From the IMG/VR virus record IMGVR_UViG_3300042321_002025: DNA of 64,000 nt, one strand, 5' to 3'. A program made the translations under genes and the position numbers. Origin of the DNA: an uncultured virus (IMG/VR IMGVR_UViG_3300042321_002025). Lineage: Duplodnaviria; Heunggongvirae; Uroviricota; Caudoviricetes. The notes beneath the pieces are model-generated. The model was not told where the DNA came from. It worked only from the letters and a program-made list of their open reading frames with translations, and made no database searches. Below, one piece after another: positions 28,554-37,788 of this stretch; position 1 is the stretch's first letter; each line of letters begins with the position of its first letter.

Positions 28554-29723
28554 ATGAATAAATTGAATAAAAACGGTATTGCTTTCGTAGAGGCAGCCGA
28601 GAAATTATATGGCATTGGTGCCGTGTTGACCAGAGATAACATTGCTCATGTGGTCAGCGAGGCAGATGTACCATATCCATATTGGTTTGTAACCAAAGCA
28701 GAATATCGTAATGGTAACCGTGGTGAGTATTTGTTACCTAACATTGGCACCAAGAAACAAAAAGCTTCCGTTGTTGAAGAAGAATTGGAAATTGCCTACG
28801 CACAACCTGCTCAAGTGTTGGAATTCCGTCAACCAAAATTGTTGGATGAATCTGATTCTGCCGTGCCTACTAAGTTTGAAGGCTATGTGCCATTTGGTTT
28901 CTACAAAGATTTGTTTGGCATTGTAAAATCTAAAATGTTTTATCCTGTATTCATTACTGGTTTATCAGGCAACGGCAAGACCTTGATGGTTGAGCAAGTG
29001 TGTGCTGAACTCAAGCGTGAATGTATTCGTGTGAATATCTCCATTGAAACTGATGAGACCGACCTGCTTGGTGGTCCTACTCTTATCAATGGTAATGTGG
29101 TGAATCGTGATGGTCCTGTTCTTCAAGCAATGAAGAAAGGTGCTGTATTGTTGATTGACGAAGTTGACCGTGGTTCTAATAAGTTGATGTGCTTGCAAGG
29201 CATTCTAGAAGGCAAACCATACTACAACAAAAAGACTGGTGAGGTTGTAAAACCTGCCGATGGTTTCACCGTGATTGCCACCGCCAACACCAAAGGTCGT
29301 GGTTCAGAAGAAGGTCGTTATCTATCACAAGTGCTTGATGATGCCTTCTTAGAGCGATTCCCAATCACAGTAGAACAGGAATATCCTGATGCCAAAACTG
29401 AGCGTAAGATTCTTACACCGTTAATTGCTGATAAAGAATTCGTTGAGAATCTATGCCAATGGGCAGATGTGGTACGCCAATCGTTTGACCAAGGTGCTAC
29501 TGATGAGATTATTTCCACTCGCCGTTTGGTACATATTGCCAAGGCATTTGGTATATTTAAAGACCGCATGAAAGCGATTGAGCTTTGTGTGAATCGTTTT
29601 GATGCCGAAACTAAAATGGCATTCTTAGATTTGTATTCAAAAGTGGATAACACCGTTGAATCACCAGCGAATACAAGTACCATTTCTACCACAACCGAGG
29701 TTGCCAATCAACCACAGGTGTGA
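28554..29723 (+). CDS. MoxR/CobS-like AAA+ ATPase
   Basis: Walker A GLSGNGKT, Walker B LLIDE, ATANTKG, AFLERF, ISTRRL. Confidence 0.9.
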   Translation: MNKLNKNGIAFVEAAEKLYGIGAVLTRDNIAHVVSEADVPYPYWFVTKAEYRNGNRGEYLLPNIGTKKQKASVVEEELEIAYAQPAQVLEFRQPKLLDESDSAVPTKFEGYVPFGFYKDLFGIVKSKMFYPVFITGLSGNGKTLMVEQVCAELKRECIRVNISIETDETDLLGGPTLINGNVVNRDGPVLQAMKKGAVLLIDEVDRGSNKLMCLQGILEGKPYYNKKTGEVVKPADGFTVIATANTKGRGSEEGRYLSQVLDDAFLERFPITVEQEYPDAKTERKILTPLIADKEFVENLCQWADVVRQSFDQGATDEIISTRRLVHIAKAFGIFKDRMKAIELCVNRFDAETKMAFLDLYSKVDNTVESPANTSTISTTTEVANQPQV

Positions 29724-29729
29724 TACAAT
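29701..29729 (+). promoter_or_regulatory. sigma70-type promoter
   Basis: TTGCCA-N17-TACAAT. Confidence 0.55.
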
Positions 29730-29784
29730 GGTCAATGTAGTGTGTAGTAATTTATATTATGTTTAATTTGATAGGAGTATTAGT

Positions 29785-30117
29785 ATGGCTTTAACAGTTC
29801 GTAAAGGTAAGGTAAACCGTCATGAGAAAATTACCCAAGTGTTGTTGTCTGGCAAACCTGTAAGTCCTGATGAGATTGCTACAGTTTTCAAAGGCACCAA
29901 TCAAGAGGCAGTGCTGTACCGCCTCTCAACCAACATCTATAACATTCGTAAAGATGGTGGTATTGTGAAAGTAATCAAAGATGGCCGTAAAGTAAAGGCA
30001 TATCAATTGGTTAATTTCACCGAGTTCGATAGCAATGGCCGTTACAAAGGCAAAGCAGTTGCAAAACCTGCTCAGCCTGCTGTAAAACCTGTTGTTGACC
30101 AACCCGTTACAGCGTAA
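29785..30117 (+). CDS. putative winged-helix DNA-binding protein
   Basis: Helix, VSPDEIA, RLSTNIYNIRKDG, then beta wing IVKVIKDGRKVKAYQL; basic. Confidence 0.55.
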   Translation: MALTVRKGKVNRHEKITQVLLSGKPVSPDEIATVFKGTNQEAVLYRLSTNIYNIRKDGGIVKVIKDGRKVKAYQLVNFTEFDSNGRYKGKAVAKPAQPAVKPVVDQPVTA

Positions 30118-30146
30118 GTAGTAGAATATGGCCCCTCGGGAGAGGC

Positions 30147-30343
30147 CGCCATATTAAAACACACCATACGAACCGATTACTCTGGTAGCAAAGGCGTAAG
30201 CTGATGGTGTGTTTTAATATGGCGTTATATTGAAACACATTGAGTTGAATCTTGATCCAGATTCAATGGGGAGTTGAAGTAGAGAGAACCGGCCGGTCTG
30301 CTCTACATATACACTCCGAGATACCAGTGTGTTTCAATATGAC
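30147..30343 (+). ncRNA. two tandem long-stem structured RNA elements (putative small RNAs)
   Basis: Perfect 21-bp stem 30147-30167/30204-30224; 19-bp stem 30224-30242/30325-30343 with internal hairpins. Confidence 0.55.
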
Positions 30344-30358
30344 AAGGAGTTCTATATC

Positions 30359-30577
30359 ATGGGTTGGATTTTAATTTTCTATTTGAACACACCAAACAAT
30401 TATCAGGTGCATTCGCATTATGATATGAAAGTGGATTGTTCTGTCAAAGAATCGTATTACAATAATGTTTTCAAAGAAGTTGGTACAAAAGTGGTGGCTG
30501 CCTGTAAACCAAAAGAGTTTGTAAAGTATGCAAAGAATCAAGGTGGCTTGATATATAAACAATATGAGTTGAGATAA
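30359..30577 (+). CDS. hypothetical protein
   Basis: ATG at 30359 after AAGGAG; MGWILIFYL..C...C. Confidence 0.55.
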   Translation: MGWILIFYLNTPNNYQVHSHYDMKVDCSVKESYYNNVFKEVGTKVVAACKPKEFVKYAKNQGGLIYKQYELR

Positions 30578-30578
30578 T

Positions 30579-30761
30579 ATGAAAAGTATTTGGCATTATA
30601 AAGATTATAGTTATTGGTTTAGCATAGAGGAAGAGGAAGATAATGTTAAAATCTTTCATTATGCCTATAGTATAGGTGGTTCACAGATGTTGAATTATTC
30701 TCCTTATGAAAAAATGACCGAAGAAGAATTTAGAAAAATTGTAGATGAAATGACAAAATGA
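30579..30761 (+). CDS. hypothetical protein
   Basis: 60-aa ORF; EEEDNVKIFH motif. Confidence 0.55.
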   Translation: MKSIWHYKDYSYWFSIEEEEDNVKIFHYAYSIGGSQMLNYSPYEKMTEEEFRKIVDEMTK

Positions 30762-31111
30762 AAATTGCAATTAATAGACAGCACGGTGGATTTGGCCTCT
30801 CTGATGAGGCCTTTGAAGCCTTGCTGAAACGAAAAGGTATTGAGTTTGAAATATCTGAATCACAATTTGGTTGTTCAAATTATTATGCCAAAGGCCATGC
30901 GGGTGATGATGAGTATTTCATTTCTCAATATGAGTATTATGAACCACGAAACGATCCAGATTTAATTGCTGTGATTGAGGAGTTTGGTGACAAAGCTCAT
31001 GGTTGGGCTGCATCATTAAAGATTGTGGAAATTCCTTATGGCGTGGCATGGCAGATTGAAGAATATGATGGTTTGGAACATATTGCTGAGAAGCATCGGA
31101 CATGGTGTTAA
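30758..31111 (+). CDS. conserved phage hypothetical protein
   Basis: IN..HGGFGLS, RNDPDLIAVIEE and IEEYDGLEHI motifs. Confidence 0.75.
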   Translation: MKIAINRQHGGFGLSDEAFEALLKRKGIEFEISESQFGCSNYYAKGHAGDDEYFISQYEYYEPRNDPDLIAVIEEFGDKAHGWAASLKIVEIPYGVAWQIEEYDGLEHIAEKHRTWC

Positions 31112-31294
31112 ATGTCCATCATTCTTTTAATCTTTGCATTGCTTTGTGCATTTGCCGCTGGCATGGAATACTCTAGTAAAAATACACTAGATTTCTCACC
31201 AGAAGCGCTTGGAGGTCTCTTATTCTGTGCCATAGCACTAGGGCTTATAGTCATAGGGATACTGTCACCAGAGGCGCTCCACATAGACTAAAAA

Positions 31295-31347
31295 GTGTTG
31301 TGTCCATACAACAGACCGCTTGATTACCACCGTGGTTGTGTTATAAT
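31295..31347 (+). promoter_or_regulatory. early promoter with upstream palindrome
   Basis: GTGTTG-TGTCCATA-CAACAG; TTGATT-N16-TATAAT. Confidence 0.75.
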
Positions 31348-31377
31348 GGCAGTTCAAATTGAGAAGGAGTTTTTGTT

Positions 31378-31620
31378 ATGAAAAAAGCAATCAATAAATC
31401 TATTAAAGATATTTTTCCAGGTATTATGATTTTGGATTTTGAGCCAGTTTGTGTAGAAAATCCATTTAGTGGTGAAAGCGTGATGTTATCACCTGATGAA
31501 GTGGCAGTATATGATTACGTCAAAGGTTGTGAATTGATTGGTGATTATAAGGGTGTGCGTAAAGGCCTTGATTGGTTTAGAGAGCACAATTGTGAAGCGT
31601 ATATGACTTTATTGGATTAA
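31378..31620 (+). CDS. conserved early hypothetical protein
   Basis: NPFSGE...AVYDYVKG...AYMTLLD motif. Confidence 0.7.
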   Translation: MKKAINKSIKDIFPGIMILDFEPVCVENPFSGESVMLSPDEVAVYDYVKGCELIGDYKGVRKGLDWFREHNCEAYMTLLD

Positions 31621-31622
31621 TT

Positions 31623-31790
31623 ATGAATATTGATAAAAATGAAATGTTTGAATACTTGGACACCTTGCGTGAAACAGGTGTAACCAATATGTTTGGTGCT
31701 GGTCCTTATTTGCAACAGGCATTTGGTGTTGACCGCAGAGAAGCTAGAACTGTATTAATGGAATGGATGAATACATATGCCCAGCGATAG
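31623..31790 (+). CDS. small conserved phage protein (55 aa)
   Basis: YLDTLRETGVTNMFGAGPYL motif. Confidence 0.65.
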   Translation: MNIDKNEMFEYLDTLRETGVTNMFGAGPYLQQAFGVDRREARTVLMEWMNTYAQR

Positions 31791-32073
31791 ATTTGATTTT
31801 GAACAACAGATTTTAAAATGTTGGAATATTACTGATGACCTCAAAGACCTTGATGAAGGTCTTTTTGATGGTTGGTTAGAATTCAACCAAGACAATGTAT
31901 CTAACCATATCTTGGGTATTGCCAACAATTATGAAATTAAATTTAATAAATTGTGGAATCAATTTGAAACTGTGGTGATGGATTTAGTTCGTGAGAACAA
32001 AATGTTGAATGAAGAATGTGCTGCATTGCGTGAACAATTAGAGAAAGCAGAAAAGAAAAATGCCAAACGATAA
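31777..32073 (+). CDS. hypothetical protein
   Basis: DRFDFEQQILKCWNITDD motif. Confidence 0.65.
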   Translation: MPSDRFDFEQQILKCWNITDDLKDLDEGLFDGWLEFNQDNVSNHILGIANNYEIKFNKLWNQFETVVMDLVRENKMLNEECAALREQLEKAEKKNAKR

Positions 32074-32305
32074 TCCAGAATATAGTAAATATATTTCATC
32101 TGATGGAAAAACCAGGTATGGCAAAGTGTATTCAACATCACAGAAACCTATTTCTATCAAAATAGGTCGTGCTGACATTCCAAAATTTCTCTCGATGTTA
32201 CATGAAACACAATTCAATCTAATTGAAGCGGCAGTTGAGAGTAGAGAAAAACAAGGATTTCCTGAAGCCAGTATTGTTATCAAACATATTATGGAGAAGA
32301 AATAA
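32060..32305 (+). CDS. hypothetical protein
   Basis: 81-aa ORF within the operon. Confidence 0.5.
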   Translation: MPNDNPEYSKYISSDGKTRYGKVYSTSQKPISIKIGRADIPKFLSMLHETQFNLIEAAVESREKQGFPEASIVIKHIMEKK

Positions 32306-32529
32306 TGGATGATGAAATGTTGGAACAGTTGTCAATGGATGTAGATACTGAAATATTAAAATGGTTGACTACATTTGAAATCCATCCATTGAACCTGACT
32401 GCCATCATATTAGCACGATTAACATGGTTGGCTAAACAGGCCAACATTGAAGAAGATTATTTAAAACTATTAGAATCACCAAAAAATATTATTGGTGAAA
32501 CTGAACAAGAAAGAAAACAGGTACATTAA
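32305..32529 (+). CDS. hypothetical protein
   Basis: 74-aa ORF with GGAG SD. Confidence 0.6.
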   Translation: MDDEMLEQLSMDVDTEILKWLTTFEIHPLNLTAIILARLTWLAKQANIEEDYLKLLESPKNIIGETEQERKQVH

Positions 32530-33405
32530 ATGAAAATTGCGTTAGCGTCAGATATTCACTTAGAATTTGCAGACCTCATTTTAAAGAATGAGGAGAATGC
32601 TGACGTTCTTGTTTTGAGTGGGGATATCTGTACCGCTAAAGTATTTAATCATAAGCCAAAAGAAAGAATGATGGTCAAAGATTTCTTTAAGCGGTGCTCG
32701 TTTCAATTTCCTCATGTCGTGTATATTATGGGTAATCACGAGCATTATGATTTTGACATTGCTAAAACCTATGATAGATTAAAAGCTGAATTGGCCGATT
32801 TGCCAAACATTCATTTGCTTGAAAAAGAAACATGGGAACATAATGGCACGACCTTTGTTGCTGGTACATTATGGACAGATATGAACAGAGGTGATTCATT
32901 AACTTTGTGGCATTGTAGCAAATCGATGAACGATTTTCGTTTGATTACAAATAGCAATCGTATGGTTCAGCATAAGAAAAATGTTTACCATGAGAGTGAG
33001 CGAAATGAAGATGGCACTTTGACTATTAAAACTGTGGATCATTATCAGTCACCTTCAAAGTGGTCAACCGAAGATTCTGTGGAAGACCATAAGAAAATGT
33101 TGGACTACATAAAGATTGCTACTGAAAATAAAACAAAACAATATGTTGTGGTAACACACCATGCACCATCACCAATTAGTATTGCTGAGTGTTATAAACA
33201 TGATACACTAATGAATGGTGCGTTTGCTTCTGATTTGACCGAGTTCATTATGGATCGGCCACAAATTAAAGTGTGGACCCATGGCCATATGCACAATGTA
33301 TCTGATTATATGGTTGGTGGTACAAGAGTAGTTTGTAATCCTCGTGGTTATGTTGGTTATGAACAGAGAGCAAAAGAATTTAAACTGCAATATTTGGAGG
33401 TTTAA
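32530..33405 (+). CDS. calcineurin-like metallophosphoesterase
   Basis: SDIH, SGDI, GNHE, THHAP, HGHMH and CNPRGY motifs. Confidence 0.9.
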   Translation: MKIALASDIHLEFADLILKNEENADVLVLSGDICTAKVFNHKPKERMMVKDFFKRCSFQFPHVVYIMGNHEHYDFDIAKTYDRLKAELADLPNIHLLEKETWEHNGTTFVAGTLWTDMNRGDSLTLWHCSKSMNDFRLITNSNRMVQHKKNVYHESERNEDGTLTIKTVDHYQSPSKWSTEDSVEDHKKMLDYIKIATENKTKQYVVVTHHAPSPISIAECYKHDTLMNGAFASDLTEFIMDRPQIKVWTHGHMHNVSDYMVGGTRVVCNPRGYVGYEQRAKEFKLQYLEV

Positions 33406-33750
33406 ATGGGAATGTTTGATGAGATTCATTACCAAGGTGAGGTGTATCAAACTAAAGATACACCTTGCCAAACTTTGGACAAATACAAAATTGAACATGA
33501 CCAAGATTCTGGCCACATATATTTGTGGCATGAAGATTATGATGCTGAGTGGGTTGAAGAAGAAGGACTCTTTGGCGGTCATTTGAAGCAATTCAATCAT
33601 CGTTGGGTACATTGTTGGGATTTTGATGGTGCCATTCGGTTCTATCGTGAAGATAAAGAGAATGGTGGTTATAAGGCCGATAAATGGATAGAATATAAAG
33701 CGCTATTCATGAATGGCCAATTATTGAAGATTGAGAAAATTGATGAGTGA
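33406..33750 (+). CDS. conserved hypothetical protein
   Basis: MGMFD...YQTKD motif. Confidence 0.7.
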   Translation: MGMFDEIHYQGEVYQTKDTPCQTLDKYKIEHDQDSGHIYLWHEDYDAEWVEEEGLFGGHLKQFNHRWVHCWDFDGAIRFYREDKENGGYKADKWIEYKALFMNGQLLKIEKIDE

Positions 33751-34069
33751 TTATACACCAGATAGATGGGTTGTGGTGAAGATTACAACCGATAAAGAAT
33801 CATTATACAAGGTATTTGCCTGTTGGTATGGTGGATATGCCGGCTCTGATTCATGGAAAATGAATAGTGGTATTGTTAAAGTTGATTTGGTAAATGATTG
33901 CTATGATTTTCATGGTTATTCTGGATCGATATATTCTTGCCACAAGAATTCATACGGCACCAATGGTTATGGCGGCAGTGTGTTAGCAAACTTTATTGAT
34001 AAGGCAGATTACAAAATTGAAATTATGCCTGAGAGTACAAATTGGAAAGAATTAAATTATGCCTGTTAG
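33743..34069 (+). CDS. conserved phage hypothetical protein
   Basis: PDRWVVVK...W.GGY..SDSWKMNSGI motif. Confidence 0.7.
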   Translation: MSDYTPDRWVVVKITTDKESLYKVFACWYGGYAGSDSWKMNSGIVKVDLVNDCYDFHGYSGSIYSCHKNSYGTNGYGGSVLANFIDKADYKIEIMPESTNWKELNYAC

Positions 34070-34427
34070 ATATAGTACAAACTGGATGGGTGTGGCCAGT
34101 ATGCAATGGTATAGAGACCGTGGCCTCATTAAAAGAGTTACTAAAACATTAACAGAAGATTCTTCATTAACTGGCAGAAAAGCTGGTGAATCATTTGAGT
34201 ATGATGAGGTGATTCAAGGTTATTCGTGTGGTCGTATTGATTGCCGTGGTGAAGATTTAGGTCAATTTGGTGCTGAGATTGGTGTTGATCCTATGAAAGA
34301 TGAATCATGGGCTCGATTTGGTAATTGGTTGAATACGGTTGAAACAGATGATATGTGGACTATGGATCAATTGGTTGAAATGTATGAAAGAAATAATCCT
34401 AAAATTGAATGGTGGACTGATGATTGA
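34059..34427 (+). CDS. hypothetical protein
   Basis: 122-aa ORF; YSTNWMG motif. Confidence 0.6.
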   Translation: MPVRYSTNWMGVASMQWYRDRGLIKRVTKTLTEDSSLTGRKAGESFEYDEVIQGYSCGRIDCRGEDLGQFGAEIGVDPMKDESWARFGNWLNTVETDDMWTMDQLVEMYERNNPKIEWWTDD

Positions 34428-34459
34428 TTTTATTGATTAGGAACATATAAAAATATCAT

Positions 34460-34490
34460 TAGACAAAACTGTGTAATAGTGATAAACTAT
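34460..34490 (+). promoter_or_regulatory. putative promoter overlapping an ATAG-N7-CTAT dyad
   Basis: TAGACA-N17-TAAACT; ATAGTGATAAACTAT at 34476-34490. Confidence 0.4.
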
Positions 34491-34534
34491 GTATAAGTAA
34501 TGATGTTAGTTTATTACTATTAAAGGAGAGAAGT

Positions 34535-34669
34535 ATGGAACAACAGTATGTTTGTGGTGTTTGTGGTCATGTTCACGATGAAATGACCGAAGGTAAATGG
34601 GAAACTTTGTCAGATAATTTTATCTGTCCCGAATGTGGCTGTTACAAAGATGAATATTCATTAATTTAA
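34535..34669 (+). CDS. rubredoxin (44 aa, below the ORF track cutoff)
   Basis: MEQQYVCGVCGHVHDE...WETLSDNFICPECG; AAGGAG SD. Confidence 0.85.
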   Translation: MEQQYVCGVCGHVHDEMTEGKWETLSDNFICPECGCYKDEYSLI

Positions 34670-34681
34670 GGAGAAAATAGT

Positions 34682-35119
34682 ATGGCAAAAACAGTAAAAG
34701 GTACTCTTACCGAACAGGCATTGAAAGATGCATTTGCAGGCGAATCCAAAGCCAACCGCCGCTATTTGTATTTCGCAAACATGGCTGACGTTGCTGGTGC
34801 ACCAGATGTTGCAGCAGTATTCCGTAGCACAGCAGAAGGTGAAACGGGTCATGCACACGGTCACATGGAGTATTTGATTACAGGTGGTGCAGGTGATCCC
34901 GAAACAGGTCTACCCGCAGGTAGTGTCACAGAGGCTCTTGAATCTGCGATTGCTGGCGAAACACATGAGTATACCGATATGTATCCTGGTATGGCAAAAA
35001 CTGCTCGTGATGAAGGCTTTGATGAGATTGCCGATTGGTTTGAAACATTAGCCAAAGCAGAACGCAGTCATGCTAATAAATTTACAAAAACCTTGGCAGC
35101 ACACAAAGCAGAACAGTAA
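34682..35119 (+). CDS. rubrerythrin (short form)
   Basis: [31 protein letters not shown] and AERSHA motifs. Confidence 0.92.
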   Translation: MAKTVKGTLTEQALKDAFAGESKANRRYLYFANMADVAGAPDVAAVFRSTAEGETGHAHGHMEYLITGGAGDPETGLPAGSVTEALESAIAGETHEYTDMYPGMAKTARDEGFDEIADWFETLAKAERSHANKFTKTLAAHKAEQ

Positions 35120-35135
35120 TAAACTAAATTTTATT

Positions 35136-35975
35136 ATGAAAAAAATATTGATAACTGGTAGTTCAGGTTACATTGGTCAACACCTCGTAAAGCTCCTCAA
35201 AAAGGAAGGCTACGAGGTTTTTGGCCTTGACAATCAACCACGTATGAATGATTATTTGTTACCAAAACAATTTCTTTCATATGATATTACCAATGGTTAT
35301 CAATTATGTTATTCTGATGAGTTTGATACTGTGGTACATTTGGCCGCATTGGTCAAAGTAAACGAATCAGTATTAAAACCATATGAGTATTATGATACAA
35401 ACATTAATGGTACACACAATGTATTGTTAAATGTTAAATTCAAAAATTTTGTATTTGCCTCAACAGGCACAGCAGCTAATCCCATCAACCCATATGCCTT
35501 GAGTAAGCGTTGTGCTGAAGATATAGTGGAAAGATATTGCATTGAAAATTCAAAAACTTTCACTTCATTCAGATTTTATAATGTGATTGGGTCTGATGGG
35601 ATTGCACCCACCAATATGGATGGGTTGATGTATAACTTAATGAAAGCAAAAGAAACAGGTTCATTCAATCTATATGGTGGTAATTACAATACACCAGATG
35701 GCACACCTGTTAGAGATTATGTTCATGTGAACGAAATATGCCATTCTATCAAAAAGGCAATTGAAACGCCGGCCAACTCATTACAAAATCTAGGACATGG
35801 TAAAGGTCATACCGTTAAAGAAATGGTAGATATTTTTAAACTGGTAAACAATTGTGATTTCGCTGTAAACTATTGCCAAAAACGAGAAGGTGATTTAGAA
35901 TATAGTGTATTGGATAATCCATCTACATATATGGAATCCACTTATACATTATCACAATTATTGGAAATAAAATGA
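35136..35975 (+). CDS. galE: NAD-dependent epimerase (GalE-like)
   Basis: ITGSSGYIG, HLAA, YALSK, FRFYNV and TPDGTPVRDYVHV motifs. Confidence 0.8.
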   Translation: MKKILITGSSGYIGQHLVKLLKKEGYEVFGLDNQPRMNDYLLPKQFLSYDITNGYQLCYSDEFDTVVHLAALVKVNESVLKPYEYYDTNINGTHNVLLNVKFKNFVFASTGTAANPINPYALSKRCAEDIVERYCIENSKTFTSFRFYNVIGSDGIAPTNMDGLMYNLMKAKETGSFNLYGGNYNTPDGTPVRDYVHVNEICHSIKKAIETPANSLQNLGHGKGHTVKEMVDIFKLVNNCDFAVNYCQKREGDLEYSVLDNPSTYMESTYTLSQLLEIK

Positions 35976-36697
35976 AAGTAATATTGAGTAATTATCGAAA
36001 TCATTGGATTTCTCCATACACCATTATTGATTATGTGTTTTTCTGGACTGATTGGAGTAAATGCAGTCGTAACAAACGCATAATTGATGACAAAGAATGG
36101 ATTGACCATCCAAAATGGGTAGACAAGGCAACAAAGTACCTTGATCCGTTTTCTTATGCTATTCAATGGGTTTTGAATTTGATTCATCCACGAATCATGT
36201 ATGTGAAGCTTGACCGATGGGATACTTGGTCAATGGACCATACCTTGGCGTATATCATTCTGCCAATGTTGAAACAGTTACAAGAAACTAAAAACGGTTC
36301 ACCAATGGTTGATGATGAAGATGTGCCTGAAGAATTGCGTGAAGCAAAGAAACCAAAAATCAAAAGAAAAAAGAATGATATTCGTGGTACACTACAGGTT
36401 CATGCAATCGACCTAGAAGATGAATATACGCTTCTACACCAAAAATGGGAATGGGTACTTGGTGAAATGATTTGGGCATTTGAACAAAAGGTTAAAGACG
36501 ATGATGAGTCTGAATTCTTTGACCATTCTGCATACAAAAGAGATGATGGAAAAACCAATCATGACCAATGGTTCAAAGAAATGACCGAAGGCCATAGTAA
36601 GTTAAAGGTTGATTGGGATGGATTAAAGGCACACCAAGAAAGAAAGACTAATGGTTACCGTTTATTTGGTAAGTATTACGAAGGACTGTGGGACTAA
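35972..36697 (+). CDS. conserved phage hypothetical protein
   Basis: WDTWSMDHTLA.II.PMLKQL...GYRLFGKYY..LWD motif. Confidence 0.75.
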   Translation: MKVILSNYRNHWISPYTIIDYVFFWTDWSKCSRNKRIIDDKEWIDHPKWVDKATKYLDPFSYAIQWVLNLIHPRIMYVKLDRWDTWSMDHTLAYIILPMLKQLQETKNGSPMVDDEDVPEELREAKKPKIKRKKNDIRGTLQVHAIDLEDEYTLLHQKWEWVLGEMIWAFEQKVKDDDESEFFDHSAYKRDDGKTNHDQWFKEMTEGHSKLKVDWDGLKAHQERKTNGYRLFGKYYEGLWD

Positions 36698-37785
36698 GAA
36701 GATAACCAATCATTAATAAAATTATTTTCATCATAAAAATCAAAAACATTAAATTCTTCTTGGGCCAATCTTTGGCCGGTGTTTAAAACAGCAGAGTAAG
36801 AATTCAATCCAAATACATGGCTATTAGAATTTAATTTTATTTTATTATAAAAATAGAACTCATCTTTTGTATAATCTAAAATTATTTTTTTAGATTCTAA
36901 CTTGATATCATTTAATTTTTTAATGATAATTGGTTCTTTAAAAATTGCCCACAATTGAAACTCAGCACGATTAAAAATTTTTTCGTAACAGTTTGAGTTA
37001 TTCAAAGGTAACCTGACGTAAAATTTTTCATTGGCAGCTTGCCATCTATAATTAAACCCTTCCCACCAAGAAAAATCTTGCATTGTTTTTATTGGTTTTG
37101 GAGATTTGTCTATGGAATGAGTAAAATAATCATACCAAAAATTTGCTGATTGTTCAGAAAGTCCTTTTATTTTAAAATAGTTTGTTACATTATCTCTATT
37201 ACATGGTAATTGTAAATAATCAAAACCTAAAATTTTAGAAATACTAGTAGTTAAATCATATCCATATAAAACATCAGCTGGATCACCATTTAATATTATA
37301 CCATCAATTGTTGATGTGCTCACAGATTGCATTAAAAAATCCGATGAGATTATTTTAAAATTTGGTAAAATATGTTTTTTATAAAAATCATAATTTTCTT
37401 TGATAGAATCAAAATTACATGCAATCGTAATTTTACTGTATGGTACTGTTGATTTTAAAAAAGAAACTACTAACAGAGTGGAATCTATTCCTCCACTCCA
37501 AAGTATATAAATTTGTTTATCGATGTTTTTGTACTGTTCTACAATATTTTGACAGATATTATCCAAACTATCACAAGAATGTTTTGTTATTTCCGGTAAT
37601 TGATAATCTTCAATAAAATGTGTCTTGAAAGGTAAATTACACAATTTTGTTCTGTCCACCAACCATGTAAAAGGAGTAATTTTTAGTATATCCGAATATA
37701 AATTTAAATCGGGTTTGTTCATAGAAAATTGTATATTCTTTTTAAAAGAATAACTATGGTCGGTGCTAACAATTATTGAATTCAT
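36694..37785 (-). CDS. AsnB-synthetase-like PP-loop ATPase (no glutaminase domain)
   Basis: ILWSGGIDST, LNGDPAD; paralog of 45470..46441. Confidence 0.75.
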   Translation of the reverse strand: MNSIIVSTDHSYSFKKNIQFSMNKPDLNLYSDILKITPFTWLVDRTKLCNLPFKTHFIEDYQLPEITKHSCDSLDNICQNIVEQYKNIDKQIYILWSGGIDSTLLVVSFLKSTVPYSKITIACNFDSIKENYDFYKKHILPNFKIISSDFLMQSVSTSTIDGIILNGDPADVLYGYDLTTSISKILGFDYLQLPCNRDNVTNYFKIKGLSEQSANFWYDYFTHSIDKSPKPIKTMQDFSWWEGFNYRWQAANEKFYVRLPLNNSNCYEKIFNRAEFQLWAIFKEPIIIKKLNDIKLESKKIILDYTKDEFYFYNKIKLNSNSHVFGLNSYSAVLNTGQRLAQEEFNVFDFYDENNFINDWLSS

Positions 37786-37788
37786 TGT

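Noticed and set aside
13973..31314. Dispersed GTGTTG..CAACAC repeats as CRISPR repeats or IS ends
   Set aside because: Copies are kilobases apart and sit upstream of promoters; no cas or transposase genes are present
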